DNA of 62,213 nucleotides, the filler included, from an uncultured bacterium (GTDB taxonomy: Bacteria; Hinthialibacterota; Hinthialibacteria; Hinthialibacterales; Hinthialibacteraceae): NCBI GenBank assembly GCA_964449065.1. It is 18 parts of 18 records of this genome, joined end to end, with 100 filler letters (N's around TTAATTAATTAA, not from the genome) between each part and the next. Parts side by side here need not be neighbours in the genome. Positions count along the whole stretch, not along the records: positions 7,132 to 10,568 come from CAYVAZ010000455.1; positions 10,669 to 14,101 come from CAYVAZ010000456.1; positions 14,202 to 17,629 come from CAYVAZ010000457.1; positions 17,730 to 21,151 come from CAYVAZ010000458.1; 14 more parts are not named here. One strand, written 5' to 3'. The notes under the pieces were generated by a model. It saw only the letters and a list, made by a program, of their open reading frames with translations, searched no databases and was not told where the DNA came from. Positions 9,315 through 19,546 of the stretch are shown here, one piece after another. Both the position numbers and the translations under genes were made by a program. The first letter of the stretch is position 1; every line of letters begins with the position of its first letter.

Positions 9315-10484
9315 ATGGCGCACTGCACAGACGCGTTCAGCCAAGGCTGGCAGCACATGGCCAAAGTGTTATTTTCGCCATTTCACTTCGGCTTTTGGCT
9401 GTTAATGGCCTTTCTTATCTTTGTGGCGAATGATTTGTCCAGCATCAACCCATCACAGTTTTTGACGCAAGAACAAATAAAAACGGTCATGAAAGATCCT
9501 GCATCTATACAACCTTATTTGATGACCATTTTAATCATCGGAGTGATTTATCTATTTATGATGGTTATTCTTCTGTTTCTTGCCTCTGCCGCGAGGATGC
9601 TATTCTTTGTTGGCGTGCGAAACGGCAAGGTCGATGTCTCGCAATCATTGGAAAATTTGTTGGGCAAGATGATCACCTATTTTTTATGGAACCTGATCGT
9701 CCCCATGTTGGGGCTGTTCATCATCTTTGTGTTGGCAATGATTATCGCCATGGCGGTTTTGCTCCCCGCCGGCGGGGCGGATGTGCAAAGTGCCGGAATC
9801 GTTTTCTTCATCGTGATGGCTATGTTTGGCTTGTTTGTATTTATCGTTGTCTTTTTCTACATGGTATTGATGAATTCATTCGTGCTGCCGCAGATGATTT
9901 TTCAGGACAAAGGTATTTTCGAATCCTGGGGTTCCGCTATCGGTTTGGCATTGAGTGAATTTTCCGAATTTATCGGGTTCTGCTTAATTCGCTCCGGGAT
10001 TTGGGTTGTGCTTTTTGTGGTTTTGCTGATTCCTATGATAATAATGGGATTGCTGTTCGGTGTGTTGGAAATATCCTTGGGGAATCAGCCGATCGTGCTT
10101 GGCGTGCTAACCATCATTATTTCCCTGCCGTTTCTGTTTGTTTTGGAAGGAATTCTCTTGCCCGCGACCGTTTTTTTGGATGCCTATTCGCTGGCGTTTA
10201 TCCGCAACGTAACCGGAGACGAACGCTTTCTTCCAGGATATGAAAGTGCGTCAGTCCCCGCACAAGAAGAGGGACCACCGTCTCCTTCTACTCCGCCACC
10301 GCCGGCCAATCCGCCAACGCCGCCCCCGCAAGAACCGCACGACAATAACGCGGTCAATCATGAACCGGTTGCGTTCAAAGACATCCCGGTAGAAGAAACC
10401 GGCGGATACTCCGCCCTGCCGCCTCCTCCAGCAATCAGCCAAGAGGATGAAAAAAAAGAACCGCCAACGCCGCCCCATCTTTAA
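9315..10484 (+). CDS. Multi-pass membrane protein with Pro-rich C-terminal tail
   Basis: About 6 hydrophobic segments; GAGGAG RBS before ATG at 9315. Confidence 0.75.
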   Translation: MAHCTDAFSQGWQHMAKVLFSPFHFGFWLLMAFLIFVANDLSSINPSQFLTQEQIKTVMKDPASIQPYLMTILIIGVIYLFMMVILLFLASAARMLFFVGVRNGKVDVSQSLENLLGKMITYFLWNLIVPMLGLFIIFVLAMIIAMAVLLPAGGADVQSAGIVFFIVMAMFGLFVFIVVFFYMVLMNSFVLPQMIFQDKGIFESWGSAIGLALSEFSEFIGFCLIRSGIWVVLFVVLLIPMIIMGLLFGVLEISLGNQPIVLGVLTIIISLPFLFVLEGILLPATVFLDAYSLAFIRNVTGDERFLPGYESASVPAQEEGPPSPSTPPPPANPPTPPPQEPHDNNAVNHEPVAFKDIPVEETGGYSALPPPPAISQEDEKKEPPTPPHL

Positions 10485-10832
10485 ACAGGGACGAGTGACG
10501 GGTGACGAGTAGAGTAGGGTGGGCTCAACACTCTTAAAACGATGATTACGCTTTATATCAAAGCGGGTNNNNNNNNNNNNNNNNNNNNNNNNNNNNNNNN
10601 NNNNNNNNNNNNTTAATTAATTAANNNNNNNNNNNNNNNNNNNNNNNNNNNNNNNNNNNNNNNNNNNNACCTGGATCGCGCCCAGAAGCTTATCGATACA
10701 ACACCGGAACTCGCGTCTGGCTTCAAGAGACTGGGCTGGTTCCATTCCAGCGTTTGATTTGCAAGGTCGGCTTTGGGCGCAAAAGAGACGTAAGAAATTG
10801 CTATATTAGCGTCTGCGATGGTGGCTAAGCGA

Positions 10833-11990
10833 TTACAAAAAGAATAGTGGCCATTCTGGTTGAAGGCCCAGCTTCACGCGCCCGACGTCTGCTTGCATCA
10901 TTGGCTGCGCAACGATGTGCCTGAGCATGGCACGCAGATCGCGCATACGCTTTTCTATGGGTGAAGCTTCATAAAGGGCTGATGTACCGCTCAGATCGTG
11001 CAGCACCTCTACAGCGTCCTTAACTGAATCAATGACTTGAAACCCTGCTGCGTAGAGCGCCGTTGTTGCCTCTGCATCAGGCGGTGCTCCTCCCGCCGCA
11101 TTGATCCATACAAGTTCGGCCCTTGCGTGAAGTCGCTCACTCGCCACAGCTAGTGCTTCGCCATGTTTCGCGATGGCTATTTGATAGTCGGGTCGATCTC
11201 TAGGATCGGGCATCGGCCCGGGCGTGATCAGGGACTTCCCGCGATCCAATGCGTGGTCATAAACCGCGCTTCCAAGACCAAGCAGCTGAGATGCAAAGAT
11301 CGCAGACACACAAGCGAAAATGGGAAGTCGATCGGACGGCCCCGCGATGACAGTATCGTTTGCGAATGAGAACACGCGATACGTAGGTACGGCGACATCT
11401 TCGAGTTCGATATCGTGACTACCTGTCCCGCGCAGGCCGCTTGTGTGCCAGGTATCGATAATCTTGAAGGCATCTCGAGGGATTGTCGCCATAACTACCT
11501 CCGGCATGCCAGTTTCACTCAGAACAGGCTGACCGTCATTGAAGAGTCTGCAGCTTAACACCGCCCAATCTGCACCGGGGCTGCCGGACATGAGCGGCCA
11601 GCGTCCGCGCACCACAGCCCTTCCGCCGTCTTGGTGAAGTTCTCCTGCCGGAATTGTGGACTGGCAAATGAGTTTGTTACGACCCGCAAACAATTCCTCT
11701 CTCAGCGCTTGCGGCATGTAGCGCGCGTAGAGACCGATCAGTCCGGCATTCCACATCACCCAACTGACGGCAGCATCTTCATACGCGATCGCTTCAAAGA
11801 GGCTCAGCATTTCGGGCAATGGCGTTCCCAGTCCGCCATTCGCCTTAGAGATCGGCATGCCGAGAAGTCCGCTTTCGCGAATGGCTGAATAGACGTCTTC
11901 AGAAAGCTGCCGGTTCTTCTCCGCGTCCCCTCGGTTCGCGACAACAACCGGAAGCAAAAGGTCCGTCGGATCGATCAGGGATTGCGTCAT
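10833..11990 (-). CDS. Acyl-CoA dehydrogenase-like flavin-dependent hydroxylase (HsaA/HpaH type)
   Basis: VRGRWPLMSG, DTWHTSGLRGTGSHD, SGTSALY..PIEKRMRD. Confidence 0.88.
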   Translation of the reverse strand: MTQSLIDPTDLLLPVVVANRGDAEKNRQLSEDVYSAIRESGLLGMPISKANGGLGTPLPEMLSLFEAIAYEDAAVSWVMWNAGLIGLYARYMPQALREELFAGRNKLICQSTIPAGELHQDGGRAVVRGRWPLMSGSPGADWAVLSCRLFNDGQPVLSETGMPEVVMATIPRDAFKIIDTWHTSGLRGTGSHDIELEDVAVPTYRVFSFANDTVIAGPSDRLPIFACVSAIFASQLLGLGSAVYDHALDRGKSLITPGPMPDPRDRPDYQIAIAKHGEALAVASERLHARAELVWINAAGGAPPDAEATTALYAAGFQVIDSVKDAVEVLHDLSGTSALYEASPIEKRMRDLRAMLRHIVAQPMMQADVGRVKLGLQPEWPLFFL

Positions 11991-12096
11991 AATTGGCCTC
12001 TACGCTTGGGTCAGTTCAAACCTCTCAGGTCGGCGAAAATAAATCTACTACGATTTTCGAAGTTGATTTTCGCGCGCGCGCGATCACACTGCGCTC

Positions 12097-12840
12097 ATGA
12101 AGAGCATATATGGACAATATTGCCCGGTATCACTGGCAACAGAGATCCTGGGAGAGCGCTGGACCATCCTCATTGTTTTGGTTCTTGCCGACGGCTTTCA
12201 TCGCTTCTCAGAACTGGAGCGGGCTTTGCCGAGGATTTCGGCATCGACCTTGAGTGTAAGACTGAAAAGCCTCGAAGACGCTGGAGTGGTCGAGCGACGG
12301 CCCGGCGATAAAGGCGAGAAATCGCTCTATTATTTGACACCGGCTGGGGATGAGCTCGGCGAAATCGTATTTGATCTTGGGCGTTGGGGGCATCGGTGGG
12401 GGCGTGACCTTGCGATCGATGACTTTGATCCAGAGCATCTCATTTGGAGCATGCATATGCGGATGAACACCGCAATCATGCCGACGAAACGCACGACCAT
12501 TGCTTTTGAGTTTGCCGACCAACCTGCGAATAAAAGATATTTCTGGATCGTATCGGAAAACAATCGCGTTCAGGCCTGCCTCAAACATCCCGGGTTCGAC
12601 GAAGATCTCCGAGTCATCGCAAAAACTAGGTCACTCACCTATGCTTGGCGAGGATTTGTTTCGCTCCGCGATGAAATCTTCAAGGGCAATATCAAAGTGC
12701 TCGGTCCGGCAAAACTGGCGCAAGCGTTCCCGGATTGGTTGTTGGGCAGCATGTTGGCAGATCAGGAACGAATGTCCCCGGGTAAAGAACGCGATTTGCA
12801 GCGCGCGGCTCATCATCAAATGGCACGAGCCAGTAGTTAG
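12097..12840 (+). CDS. HxlR-family transcriptional regulator with C-terminal SCP2-like domain
   Basis: YGQYCP..LGERWT..RFSEL...YYLTPAG; divergent from the hydroxylase. Confidence 0.9.
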   Translation: MKSIYGQYCPVSLATEILGERWTILIVLVLADGFHRFSELERALPRISASTLSVRLKSLEDAGVVERRPGDKGEKSLYYLTPAGDELGEIVFDLGRWGHRWGRDLAIDDFDPEHLIWSMHMRMNTAIMPTKRTTIAFEFADQPANKRYFWIVSENNRVQACLKHPGFDEDLRVIAKTRSLTYAWRGFVSLRDEIFKGNIKVLGPAKLAQAFPDWLLGSMLADQERMSPGKERDLQRAAHHQMARASS

Positions 12841-12856
12841 AGAGTATCCGTCTTGG

Positions 12857-13780
12857 TCAAGCGATCCTTGGGGTCCATTTTCGATCATCGCGGATGAGGG
12901 CATTTGCCAGTTCGATGAGCTTTCGCATGATGGCTGTGAGGGCGACCTTGGCCGGTTTTCCGGTCTCTCGCATGGCCTGGTATTTGGCTTTGAGGTCTGG
13001 GTTGAACCGGGTGGCGACGAGTGCGGGCATGTAGAGCGCATCGCGCAGGAACTTGCGTCCACCCTGGATGAAGGCCTTTCCATGCCATCGCCCCGATTGT
13101 CGTGTCATGGGCGCCAGCCCGGCGAGCGATGCGACCTGTTTGCGGTCAAGCGTGCCAAGTTCGGGACCTTCGATCAGCAGGGTTGCAGCCGTGACCGGGC
13201 CAATGCCGGGAATGGATGTCAGGATGTCGAGCGGCCTGGCCTTGTGTTCGCCAAGGCGCGCCTGGATCGCGGCGTCGATGGCGGCCAGTTGCCTTTCGAT
13301 CAGGGCGAGACGGGCTTTTGACTGGCGCTTCGTCAGGGACAAGGTTTGCGTCTTGATGCGGTTGAGACAGCGCGTGCGATCCTTGACGAGGGCTGTGCGT
13401 TCGACCTGCAACTCCTTGAGTTCATGCTGGTTCTTGTCTGTGGGCTGGTCAGGCGCAAGGGCGAAGGCCTCGCCCATCACGGCCAGCATGCGAGCATCGA
13501 CACGGTCGGTCTTGGCCCGGCTGCCGCGCGCCTGTGCAAACCGCCTTGCCTGCAGCGGGTTCACCTTCACAAGCGGCAGATGGCCAGAGCAGGCCCGCTC
13601 GAAGGCGCCATGATAGGCCCCCGTCGCCTCATAGACGACCCGCTCAAGCGGGCGATCAAGCCATTGCAGCAGCCGGCGAAAGCCTGCCGGCGTGTTGCTG
13701 AAGGACCGGTGCTCGCCCATGCTGAGGCAGAAGGCGTCAAGCCGGTCTTTTGAAATGTCTATGCCAATGCTATCGTTCAT
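12857..13780 (-). CDS. IS110 DEDD recombinase/transposase
   Basis: GIDISK, YEATG, KTDRVDA (D-E-D-D), IPGIG, QSG catalytic Ser, AIMRKL. Confidence 0.95.
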   Translation of the reverse strand: MNDSIGIDISKDRLDAFCLSMGEHRSFSNTPAGFRRLLQWLDRPLERVVYEATGAYHGAFERACSGHLPLVKVNPLQARRFAQARGSRAKTDRVDARMLAVMGEAFALAPDQPTDKNQHELKELQVERTALVKDRTRCLNRIKTQTLSLTKRQSKARLALIERQLAAIDAAIQARLGEHKARPLDILTSIPGIGPVTAATLLIEGPELGTLDRKQVASLAGLAPMTRQSGRWHGKAFIQGGRKFLRDALYMPALVATRFNPDLKAKYQAMRETGKPAKVALTAIMRKLIELANALIRDDRKWTPRIA

Positions 13781-13782
13781 TG

Positions 13783-13975
13783 TCTTCGCTGTCCTATGCT
13801 TGTCATGCAGAGCCAAAAGCTGCTGCGTATCCGTTCAGGCCTCATGCGAAGACGGTGGTCGATCAAACTCTAACACGGTCCTTCAAGACCAAGCCCTTAC
13901 CGATCCGGCCACCGCCACTGCCGCCGGGGTTGAGACGGAGGCAGTGGCTTCTCTTTCGCAGAAAAGCCGGGATCC
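13783..13975 (-). ncRNA. Predicted IS110 bridge RNA
   Basis: Non-coding leader contains ACGGATAC and GACAAG matching the two element ends, plus segments resembling the target flanks; boundaries approximate. Confidence 0.72.
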
Positions 13976-14201
13976 TCATAAGACAAGCAATTTCCGATCA
14001 ACCTGGTTCAGTTTGAACGGAAAACGCTTTAAAGACCCGTTTCCGTGCGGATATAGGGTTTCGCGTTGTCCTCGATCCCTTTCCAGGCATAGGGGTCCTC
14101 GNNNNNNNNNNNNNNNNNNNNNNNNNNNNNNNNNNNNNNNNNNNNTTAATTAATTAANNNNNNNNNNNNNNNNNNNNNNNNNNNNNNNNNNNNNNNNNNN
14201 N

Positions 14202-15614
14202 GTTGTACGTTCCGTTCGTATGTTGTACCGCTCCCCGGTAGTGTTCGGCGTTTGACCGTTTCCCGTGTGCGGCGTATTCTGCCGCGACATCAATAAGAAG
14301 TTGAGATTCAATACCGGCAATGGAAGCATATTCATCCAAGGATTTTTCCATGGTTCGATCGCGGTAGTGTTCTAAAGATGTTTTGCACGGTATACCGTTG
14401 ACGATAACAACACCAGGGAATAGGTCGGCCGAATCAACACTGGTGTTCGCTGCCGCTTGTCCGTTGCTCCAGACAACAAAGTCATCGGCTTCACCGAGAC
14501 CGGCTTCCGAACCGCGAAGATATCCACTGCCTTCTTCCAATTTAACGAGGTGGGTCGCGTCCGTGAATGTCGATTCGTTGTTCGGGTTCGCAGCATCTTT
14601 ATGAGGACGAGACAAATACCCCGTATCGATTTTGTCCGTTTCGAAAAGAAAGCGGGCGATTCCGAGTGCAAGTGCGGCATCGGTACCGGGTTTCAGCGGA
14701 ACCCAGATATCCGCTTTTGAAGCGGCGATGCTAAAGCGGGGATCAACGACAATTAATTTTCCGCCTCTTTCCTTAAAACGCAACAATTTTCTTGACTGGG
14801 CAACAAAAGGAAAATTCGCGGCGCAGGGGTCCGTGCCAAAGAAAATAATACACTCCGCGTTTTCAAAGTCTGTACTGCTCTTCGTTTTCCCTTTCGTTCC
14901 AATACTCTCTCCTGTCATCATTGAATACGCGATGTGATGACTGGTTTCACATATACTTGTGTGATCATGGCGTTTATTGACTGTTCCATAGCAATTTCCC
15001 CAAAAGCGGTCGGTAAACTCTTTTTGACCATGTTCATTCCGCCCGCCGGAAAATACGACTTTGTTGGCGATTGACCCTAATTCAGGGGCGTTCGGATCGA
15101 CTGGTGTATCCAAGTCTCTCAATTCAAGCAATTGATCTCCAATTTCCTGTACTGCCTGATCCCAACTGATAGGCTCCCACTCACCACTGCCGCGGGGGCC
15201 AATTCTCTTGAGGGGTTGTTTAATCCGGTGAGGATCAAGCAACACCTGAACACCCGATTGCCCTTTGGCGCAGGCCCTCCCCGGGGTTAACTTCGCAACT
15301 TCAGGATCCGTATCGTACGGAAGCCATTCTTCCAATGTGTTTGGATGATAGGGGTTGCCTTCTACTTTCGTTAAAACACCATCAACAACTTTGCAGCGTA
15401 TCCCACAAGCACTGTGACAGGCGAGACAGACACTATATTTGATTTCAACATCGCTTTCCATTTCAAGCGGATCAGGCCGGCCATAGACGGCGGCATGAGA
15501 TTTGGAAGGCGTGAAAACCGATGGACCCACAATGGCAGCAGAACCTAGTAGACCCGCGAATTTTAGAAATCCACGTCGATTGAACGTAGATGTTTTGTGT
15601 GATTGATGTTTCAT
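14202..15614 (-). CDS. Tat-exported molybdopterin oxidoreductase, tetrathionate reductase A-like (3' truncated)
   Basis: NRRGFLK Tat motif; CLACHSAC...C [4Fe-4S] motif; GNPYHP; HTSICE; VVDPR. Confidence 0.85.
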
Positions 15615-15616
15615 GA

Positions 15617-16087
15617 TTATTCACTCCTTCCTTGGGAACCGGTGACTGGACACATCTCCATAACCGCCCAATCGTGAACAGCCGTTTCATCCGTATTGAC
15701 CGCATAAAATGGAAGCGGACCGCTACTTCCATGACACGAACTCGTGGAGCAAGAAACCTTATCCACGTTCTGTCTTATGTTGGCAGCGGAATGATTAATG
15801 AAATCGGTAGCAACATGGCAAACTTTGCATCGATCTGAGCCTGTTCCCAAAAATTCCATCGTTGAGTGCGCTTTCTCAATCTTCAAATCCAAGGAAATTT
15901 CCTCCAACCGATAACCATGACACGCCGTACAGTCGTCTATGTAAAATGTTGAATCTGGATCATGAATCGGTATCCAATAGTATTGCGTTAAAAATAACCC
16001 TTGACCGATTTGTGCATACGGAACAAACACACTGGCCACAACAAAACATGACGCTGTCCCAAAGATAAGAATCCATTTTTTCTTCAT
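15617..16087 (-). CDS. Small exported multiheme cytochrome c
   Basis: CTACH, CKVCH and non-canonical CSTSSCH; N-terminal hydrophobic signal; 2 bp from the TtrA-like gene. Confidence 0.8.
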   Translation of the reverse strand: MKKKWILIFGTASCFVVASVFVPYAQIGQGLFLTQYYWIPIHDPDSTFYIDDCTACHGYRLEEISLDLKIEKAHSTMEFLGTGSDRCKVCHVATDFINHSAANIRQNVDKVSCSTSSCHGSSGPLPFYAVNTDETAVHDWAVMEMCPVTGSQGRSE

Positions 16088-16718
16088 GTCTTTTCTCCTG
16101 CTGAATTCTTTACACGTATTATAGATATTAATATCATAATATATCTATTTAGTAAAGAGAGTTGTTTTATACTAGGTGATTTTTTTGGGATAATTTGGAG
16201 TAGCTGCCGGTGCCAGTTCGTTTCATGAGTTTTACACACAAGCAAGCGTGAGGGAGGTCGCCCCGTTCCGGCACAATAGGACGAAGCGGCAAAAAGTCAT
16301 GGGCGGATTCAGTAGAATATTCCATGAAAATATAGAAAATATGCCAGCAAAAGAGTGGGGAATCTTCTATTCTTAACCCATATTATTTCAGTGGGTTAGA
16401 GTTAAGATGTGCTGCGAATTACTACCAATGAACATCTGTCCTTACTGGATCCCTTCCAGTTCCTAGGACCCAAACGCAAATATAGACGACCGGCATGTTG
16501 GCACAGAAATTTGGCGTCGGGCCGAGTGCTAAGGGAAAGTTCGATTTCCCTTGCCGATCAACCATCCCATTGAAGCGCTTAAAAATGGAAGCGCCGTTAG
16601 CAAGCGAAAAGAATACGAAAACGATTTCATTCTCAACAACTACATCGTGCGTCAAATGTCCCCGGCGACACGCAGGCGCATCACAAAGGCAGACTTCGCT
16701 TGCCTTTGCCACCCAAAC

Positions 16719-17063
16719 TCATACGGCTGTAGAGGATATTTTCGGATCAACCGGATCAAACTCAATGCGGATTCTCCGGTTGAGGGCGGCGGCGATTCTG
16801 CGCAGCATGTCGAGTGAATGTCCGTCATAATCAGCCGCTTCCAGTCGGGAAATGACCGACGAAGTAGTGCCCACACGTTCTGCCAGCTGCTTTTGGGTCA
16901 ATCCGGCTTCTTTGCGCAGGTCATAGATCTTGCGGGCGACATCGGCGTGTTCGCGTTCTTCTTCAAGGCTGGCAAGCCGTTCCGGCTTGCCTTTGTAGTA
17001 ACGCTGATGCAGAATTTCTAAGCCGTTATCGGTTTTTGTTTTGCGTTTCGTATTGGGTGTCAT
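16719..17063 (-). CDS. XRE-family HTH antitoxin (HigA-like)
   Basis: LRKEAGLTQKQLAERVGTTSSVISRLE; follows the toxin gene. Confidence 0.88.
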   Translation of the reverse strand: MTPNTKRKTKTDNGLEILHQRYYKGKPERLASLEEEREHADVARKIYDLRKEAGLTQKQLAERVGTTSSVISRLEAADYDGHSLDMLRRIAAALNRRIRIEFDPVDPKISSTAV

Positions 17064-17066
17064 GGT

Positions 17067-17426
17067 TTATTCCTCATAACCATACGTTTCAGGCGATAAC
17101 TCGAATCTTACTTTTCTATTGATTGCCATCTCGATTTCTTTCGGTGGAATCCTCTTTTCTTTCGTCAATCCATGCGAAACCACCACAGCCGATTGTTTAA
17201 AGAAAAAGTACAGTATCCGGTAATGAATCCGTAGATACCGAATTCGGAGTTCATAAATCCCATCGCGCAAATAATCGGCTTCAGGTCTGTGCAGGGTATG
17301 TCCCAGTTCTTCAAGCCGTTCAAGTTTGACCGTGCACTTATCCAATGCTTTCTCTGGTATCCTATCAAACCAATCCAATATCGGGACAGTCCCATCATCT
17401 TCTTGAAAAAAGATTATCTTCGGCAT
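17067..17426 (-). CDS. RelE/ParE-family toxin (HigB/Gp49-like)
   Basis: ADYLRDGIYELR...YRILYFF...SHGLTKE; toxin-first order. Confidence 0.88.
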   Translation of the reverse strand: MPKIIFFQEDDGTVPILDWFDRIPEKALDKCTVKLERLEELGHTLHRPEADYLRDGIYELRIRYLRIHYRILYFFFKQSAVVVSHGLTKEKRIPPKEIEMAINRKVRFELSPETYGYEE

Positions 17427-17435
17427 ATCTATAGT

Positions 17436-17460
17436 TTCGCATATTTGCGAAGTATGTCAA
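17436..17460 (-). promoter_or_regulatory. TA operator palindrome TTCGCA-N4-TGCGAA beside a -35 TTGACA
   Basis: Palindrome at 17436-17451, TTGACA on minus strand at 17455-17460, about 10 nt from the toxin ATG with no SD (possibly leaderless). Confidence 0.6.
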
Positions 17461-17928
17461 TTTAAAATGTTTATGGCTAAATTGTACGAGATATTTCCCT
17501 TCGCCGCGCTCCTGCATCTTTTGCTCTTCCGATCAACTATCCTTTTTCTCTATTGGAAGGTGTTCCGAAAGGCAATATTATTTATACGCTTCAAACCCAT
17601 CCACATTCGATTGCGCAACCGATGTCCCCNNNNNNNNNNNNNNNNNNNNNNNNNNNNNNNNNNNNNNNNNNNNTTAATTAATTAANNNNNNNNNNNNNNN
17701 NNNNNNNNNNNNNNNNNNNNNNNNNNNNNCGTGGATAATGGATTATACCAAGTTACATATAAAAAGTGAGTTATCTTTTATGCAGCCATACGGGGTGATG
17801 AACCCTGAAGGGTGGGCTCAAAGCAAAGCGTAGCCCACCATGACCATCATTGATCACTCTATTTTATCTACCATTCCCATTGCAACTTGGTATTATTCTA
17901 ATTTCGTTGAGGGAAAGTCTGAGCAGCA

Positions 17929-19341
17929 ATGGCCAAAGCAACCGTACAGAATTTACCCGAAATGCAGTCGCTTCCGCACAATTTAGAGGCGGAAAAGAAA
18001 GTGTTGGGGGCGATGATCCGCGATATCGAAGCGGTGCACCGCGCCAGTGAATTCTTGACGTCCGAATCGTTTTATCAACCCAGCCATCAAAAAATCTATC
18101 AAGCCCTTATCGAACTTTCTACCCAAAGCACACCGATTGATTTGCTCACCTTGGGTGAACTCTTAGACAAAAAAGGCGAGCTGGAATCCATCGGCGGGGC
18201 GTTCTATCTCACCGATTTGGTGAACAGTGTGACCAATTCCGCCAACATTGCCGCGCACGCGCGCATTGTGAGTGAACGTTCGCTTCGCCGCCGTTTGATC
18301 CGCCAATGCACGGAAATTCAACTCGAAGCCTTGCAGGGCAGCGAAGATATCGGCTACATCCTGCACGACGCGGAGGGCCGGATTTTTCAACTCTCGCAAG
18401 GCCGCGCCACCCGCTCGTTTGATCCCATCGGCAAGTATTTGGAATCGGCGATCGATAAGATTCAAGAAGCCCAAAACCAAAAGAACGCGTTAACCGGAGT
18501 CACCACCGGCTTTAAAGACCTGGACACCATGACCTCCGGCTTTCAACGCTCGGATTTAATCGTCATTGCCGCCCGTCCCTCCGTCGGGAAAACCAGTTTG
18601 GTGCTCAACATAGCCGAGGCGGTCGCCATGACCGAACGCAAAACGGTCGGCATCTTCTCGCTGGAGATGAGCAACGAACAAGTTGCAGAGCGGGTGCTTT
18701 GTTCGCAAGCCCGTGTCAACCTAAAACACCTGCGGTCCGGCTTTTTCACCAAAAAAGAAGCCGGTGAACTGATGAAAACCGCCTCCCTGATTCACGATAT
18801 CCCCCTATTTGTGGATGACACACCCAACCTAACCCCTGTGGATGTATTCAGCCGGGCGCGGAAACTGAAATCCGAACAGAAAGATTTAGGCCTGCTGATC
18901 ATCGACTATTTGCAGCTGATGTCCAGCGGGGGACGTTCCGACAACCGCCAGCAGGAAATCTCTGAAATCTCGCGCGCATTCAAAATCTTGGCGCGTGAAT
19001 TGGATTGCCCGGTGATTGCCTGCTCGCAGCTCTCACGTGCTGTGGAAAAACGCGATGACCATATGCCGCGTCTTTCCGACCTGCGTGAATCCGGCGCGAT
19101 TGAGCAGGATGCCGATTTGGTCATCTTTATCCACCGCGAGCCGTTGAAAGGGGATTTTGAAGGCGGGGGAGAAGAAGAACTTGAATCCGGCAGGCAGATG
19201 CATTATTCCTACAAACTCATCATCGGAAAGCACCGCAACGGCCCGGTAGGCGAGGTCGAGATTTTCTTCGACAGCGCCTGCACCCGCTTCGCCGACGCCG
19301 CCCACCTCAACTTCCAAGACGACGCCGAAGTTCCGTTTTAA
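17929..19341 (+). CDS. dnaB: Replicative DNA helicase
   Basis: AARPSVGKT, FSLEM, IIDYLQLM, SQLSR, DLRESGAIEQDAD, KHRNGP; no intein. Confidence 0.97.
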   Translation: MAKATVQNLPEMQSLPHNLEAEKKVLGAMIRDIEAVHRASEFLTSESFYQPSHQKIYQALIELSTQSTPIDLLTLGELLDKKGELESIGGAFYLTDLVNSVTNSANIAAHARIVSERSLRRRLIRQCTEIQLEALQGSEDIGYILHDAEGRIFQLSQGRATRSFDPIGKYLESAIDKIQEAQNQKNALTGVTTGFKDLDTMTSGFQRSDLIVIAARPSVGKTSLVLNIAEAVAMTERKTVGIFSLEMSNEQVAERVLCSQARVNLKHLRSGFFTKKEAGELMKTASLIHDIPLFVDDTPNLTPVDVFSRARKLKSEQKDLGLLIIDYLQLMSSGGRSDNRQQEISEISRAFKILARELDCPVIACSQLSRAVEKRDDHMPRLSDLRESGAIEQDADLVIFIHREPLKGDFEGGGEEELESGRQMHYSYKLIIGKHRNGPVGEVEIFFDSACTRFADAAHLNFQDDAEVPF

Positions 19342-19546
19342 ATTTGATAGCAATTTCAAACTTTTTTGTTATAATAGGTGAATACAAGTGAAGATAATTG
19401 GTATTATACGGATTCAAATAAATTCTGTGTGATTCCTCCAAAAAAGGGGATCATCGGCTTCCAGCCGGTACCACACACCGCATATTATTTTATTGAAGCG
19501 GTATTAGCTGACAATCCAAATAATAAATGGTATGATCCGTTTCAAT

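Larger units (their letters stand above)
12843..13987 (-). mobile_element. Complete IS110-family element with CT core at both junctions
   Basis: Minus-strand ends CT-TGTCTTATGAG... and ...TTGACCAAGACGGATA-CT; no terminal IR; about 200-nt non-coding leader. Confidence 0.85.

Noticed and set aside
17929..19341. Possible intein in DnaB
   Set aside because: Normal length (470 aa) with contiguous motifs.
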